Origin: Candidatus Latescibacterota bacterium
GTDB taxonomy: Bacteria > Latescibacterota > UBA2968 > UBA8231
DNA length: 64,000 nt
Direction of reading: 5' to 3'
NCBI GenBank assembly: GCA_965242865.1
Contig: CBDETK010000008.1
Location: 32,001-96,000, forward strand
The notes below the pieces were generated by a model that worked only from the letters and a program-made list of their open reading frames with translations, did no database searches and was not told the origin of the DNA. Each line of letters starts with the position of its first letter. Position 1 is the first letter of the stretch. Both the position numbers and the translations under genes were made by a program. Positions 62,231-64,000 of this stretch are shown piece by piece.

Positions 62231-63721
62231 TCACAGTTCGGCGAGTTCCGGATTCTCGGCGGCCCATTCCAAGAAGTCCTCGACGGTATAGAACGTCTCG
62301 TGCCTGTACAGCCGGCCCCGGTCCTCGACCGGCACTGTCCAGTCGTGGTCCCACGAGTCTCCCGTGCGCTCCATCCAGTCCGCAATCTTTCCTTCGAGCT
62401 CGGCTTGGATTGCCGCCGCCTCGGGCTTGTCAACCAGGTTGTTTAGTTCGTAGGGATCCGCATCGAGGTCATAGAGAACCCAAGGAGCCTCCCTCGTGCG
62501 GGCGTACATGTAACGCTTGGTTCGGACCCCGCGCCAACCCGCGTCGACGCCTCCCGAGATGTACGGCCCGAGGATCTGGAAGTAAGCGGATTCCGGCCCG
62601 CTCTCGGACTCGCCGAGAATGACCGCCGACAGATCGCTGCCCTGCATCGCCGGATCGGGGTCCAAGCCGCATAGCGAAAGGAGGGTAGGGGCCATGTCGA
62701 CATGCGAGAACAGCTCGTCCGTCACGCGACCGCCCGGAGCCCGCGGGTGCCGCACGATGCCCGGCACATTGATCGATTCCTCCCAAGGCTTGCGCTTCAG
62801 GCGCGCTCCCTGCGAACCGAGCATGTCTCCGTGGTCCGAGGAAACGACCACGATCGTGTTCTCCCGCAAGCCCAGAGCGTCCAGTTCGGCCATGAGCCGG
62901 CCGACTTCGACGTCAAGCGCCGTGATCATGGCGTAGTAGGCCGTGATTTCCTTGCGGCCCGGTATCCTGCGATTCGGATTCGACTCCGGATCGGGAGTCG
63001 ATTCCTCGCCCTTGTAATTGGGGCGGAGCGTGATCGCTTCCGGGTCGTACATCGCCATGTAGTCCTCCGGCGCGATGTAGGGGTTGTGGGGCGGACCCAT
63101 CTGAACGGTCAGGAAGAACGGACGCTTGTCTTCGCGGGTCTGCTGCAGGAACTCGATGCCCAGATCCGCCCAGACCTCGGCCTCGAACCGCTTGATCGGG
63201 ATGGGCTCCGGATCGTCGCGGAAGTATTGCGTGTCGAAATGCCGGTGGCTGACTTCGTTGGCTGCCCAGAACTCGAAGCCTTGGCGGCGCGGTCCGGGCG
63301 GGATCCAGCCTGGCTGGCGCGGCCCGCCGTCCAGGTGCCACTTGCCGATAAAGCCCGTCCTGTAGCCGGCCTCAGCGAAAAGCTCGGCAACGCTCGTTTC
63401 GGACTCGCGCAAGCGGAGGTCGTTGGCGACCATGCCGTTGGCATGGGCGTACTTGCCGGTGAGGATGATCGCTCGCGCCGGGCAGCACACCGGTGTGTTG
63501 GCGAGATGATTGCGGAACAAGAGCCCTTCGGAGGCCAGCTTGTCCAGGTGGGGTGACTTGACGTCGGGGTTGCCCATGCACCCCATCGCGTGAGCCCGCA
63601 TCTGATCGGGGAACAGGAACAGGACGTTGAGCGGTGCGTCCGGTCCTTTGGAACCGGATCCGCAGGCGAGGGTTCCCAGCAGGGCTCCGCCCGAGGCCAT
63701 GAAGTCACGTCGCGTCAGCAT
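62231..63721 (-). CDS. sulfatase, Tat-exported
   Basis: TRRDF Tat signal; PDQMR, CCPARA (CxPxR), GKWHLDG, SDHGDMLG. Confidence 0.93.
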   Translation of the reverse strand: MLTRRDFMASGGALLGTLACGSGSKGPDAPLNVLFLFPDQMRAHAMGCMGNPDVKSPHLDKLASEGLLFRNHLANTPVCCPARAIILTGKYAHANGMVANDLRLRESETSVAELFAEAGYRTGFIGKWHLDGGPRQPGWIPPGPRRQGFEFWAANEVSHRHFDTQYFRDDPEPIPIKRFEAEVWADLGIEFLQQTREDKRPFFLTVQMGPPHNPYIAPEDYMAMYDPEAITLRPNYKGEESTPDPESNPNRRIPGRKEITAYYAMITALDVEVGRLMAELDALGLRENTIVVVSSDHGDMLGSQGARLKRKPWEESINVPGIVRHPRAPGGRVTDELFSHVDMAPTLLSLCGLDPDPAMQGSDLSAVILGESESGPESAYFQILGPYISGGVDAGWRGVRTKRYMYARTREAPWVLYDLDADPYELNNLVDKPEAAAIQAELEGKIADWMERTGDSWDHDWTVPVEDRGRLYRHETFYTVEDFLEWAAENPELAEL

Positions 63722-63811
63722 GCGGTAAAGATTCTAGCGCGGCAAGGCGGTTGGCACACTCGCGAGCATCGCTCGCAGACCCGTCGCACGTCACACTCGC
63801 TGCATTGATCC

Positions 63812-64000
63812 TCAACGCTTCCGGTACTTCGCAAGCAGTGCCTCCCGTCCGCGCTGCGCCTCTTCGAGACTGCGGTATTTGAAGACCCCCTTAGGGAGGG
63901 ATCGCGGTGCCATCTCGCGCAGGGTCTGGTTGTGGCGGATGAAGTGCTCGAAGCAGTCCGTCCGCCGGCGGGGGACCGGCACGGCATTCATCTCCTCGAG
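63812..64000 (-). CDS. partial small hypothetical protein (3' end; runs off the window)
   Basis: Frame LEEMNAVPVP...PKGVFKYRSLEEAQR...*; the GVFK.RS.EEA motif resembles small proteins I recall beside nucleotidyltransferase genes (from memory, unverified). Confidence 0.55.
   Translation of the reverse strand, partial: LEEMNAVPVPRRRTDCFEHFIRHNQTLREMAPRSLPKGVFKYRSLEEAQRGREALLAKYRKR

Overview
High-GC bacterial chromosomal segment, most likely from an Acidobacteriota (Bryobacterales-like) genome. Support for this: an acidobacterial VWA protein, DUF3500, DUF1080, Tat sulfatases and an MJ0619/Tes-type radical SAM. A marine, host-associated (sponge-symbiont-like) lifestyle is inference only. The backbone holds housekeeping genes (moeA-moaC, murB, nadB, aroB-ubiE/menG, lipA, tRNA-Leu(TAA), yceD-rpmF-plsX, queG, purA) and catabolic or secreted enzymes. 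Scattered through it are single, often lower-GC, defence/TA-type genes: two ABC-type AAA ATPases, an orphan DarG-like macro protein, an HNH+DGQH protein, a type II R-M pair, a C5-MTase remnant, Fic, a type IIG R-M fusion, ImmA/IrrE and AAA_14-DUF4143. One intact 1652-bp DDE insertion sequence has a 5-bp target duplication. Main observations: (1) three diverged copies of an unannotated ~180-290 bp element whose 5' part folds into a hairpin with compensatory base changes, each copy bordering a defence gene; (2) a bacterial tetraether-synthase (Tes/GDGT-MAS) homologue; (3) two multi-barrel TbpB-like secreted proteins, the larger with G9/C12 homopolymer tracts suggesting phase variation; (4) an HNH-DGQH nuclease with its domains in the reverse order to GmrSD/SspE. 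Family calls come from motifs read by eye; no database searches were run.
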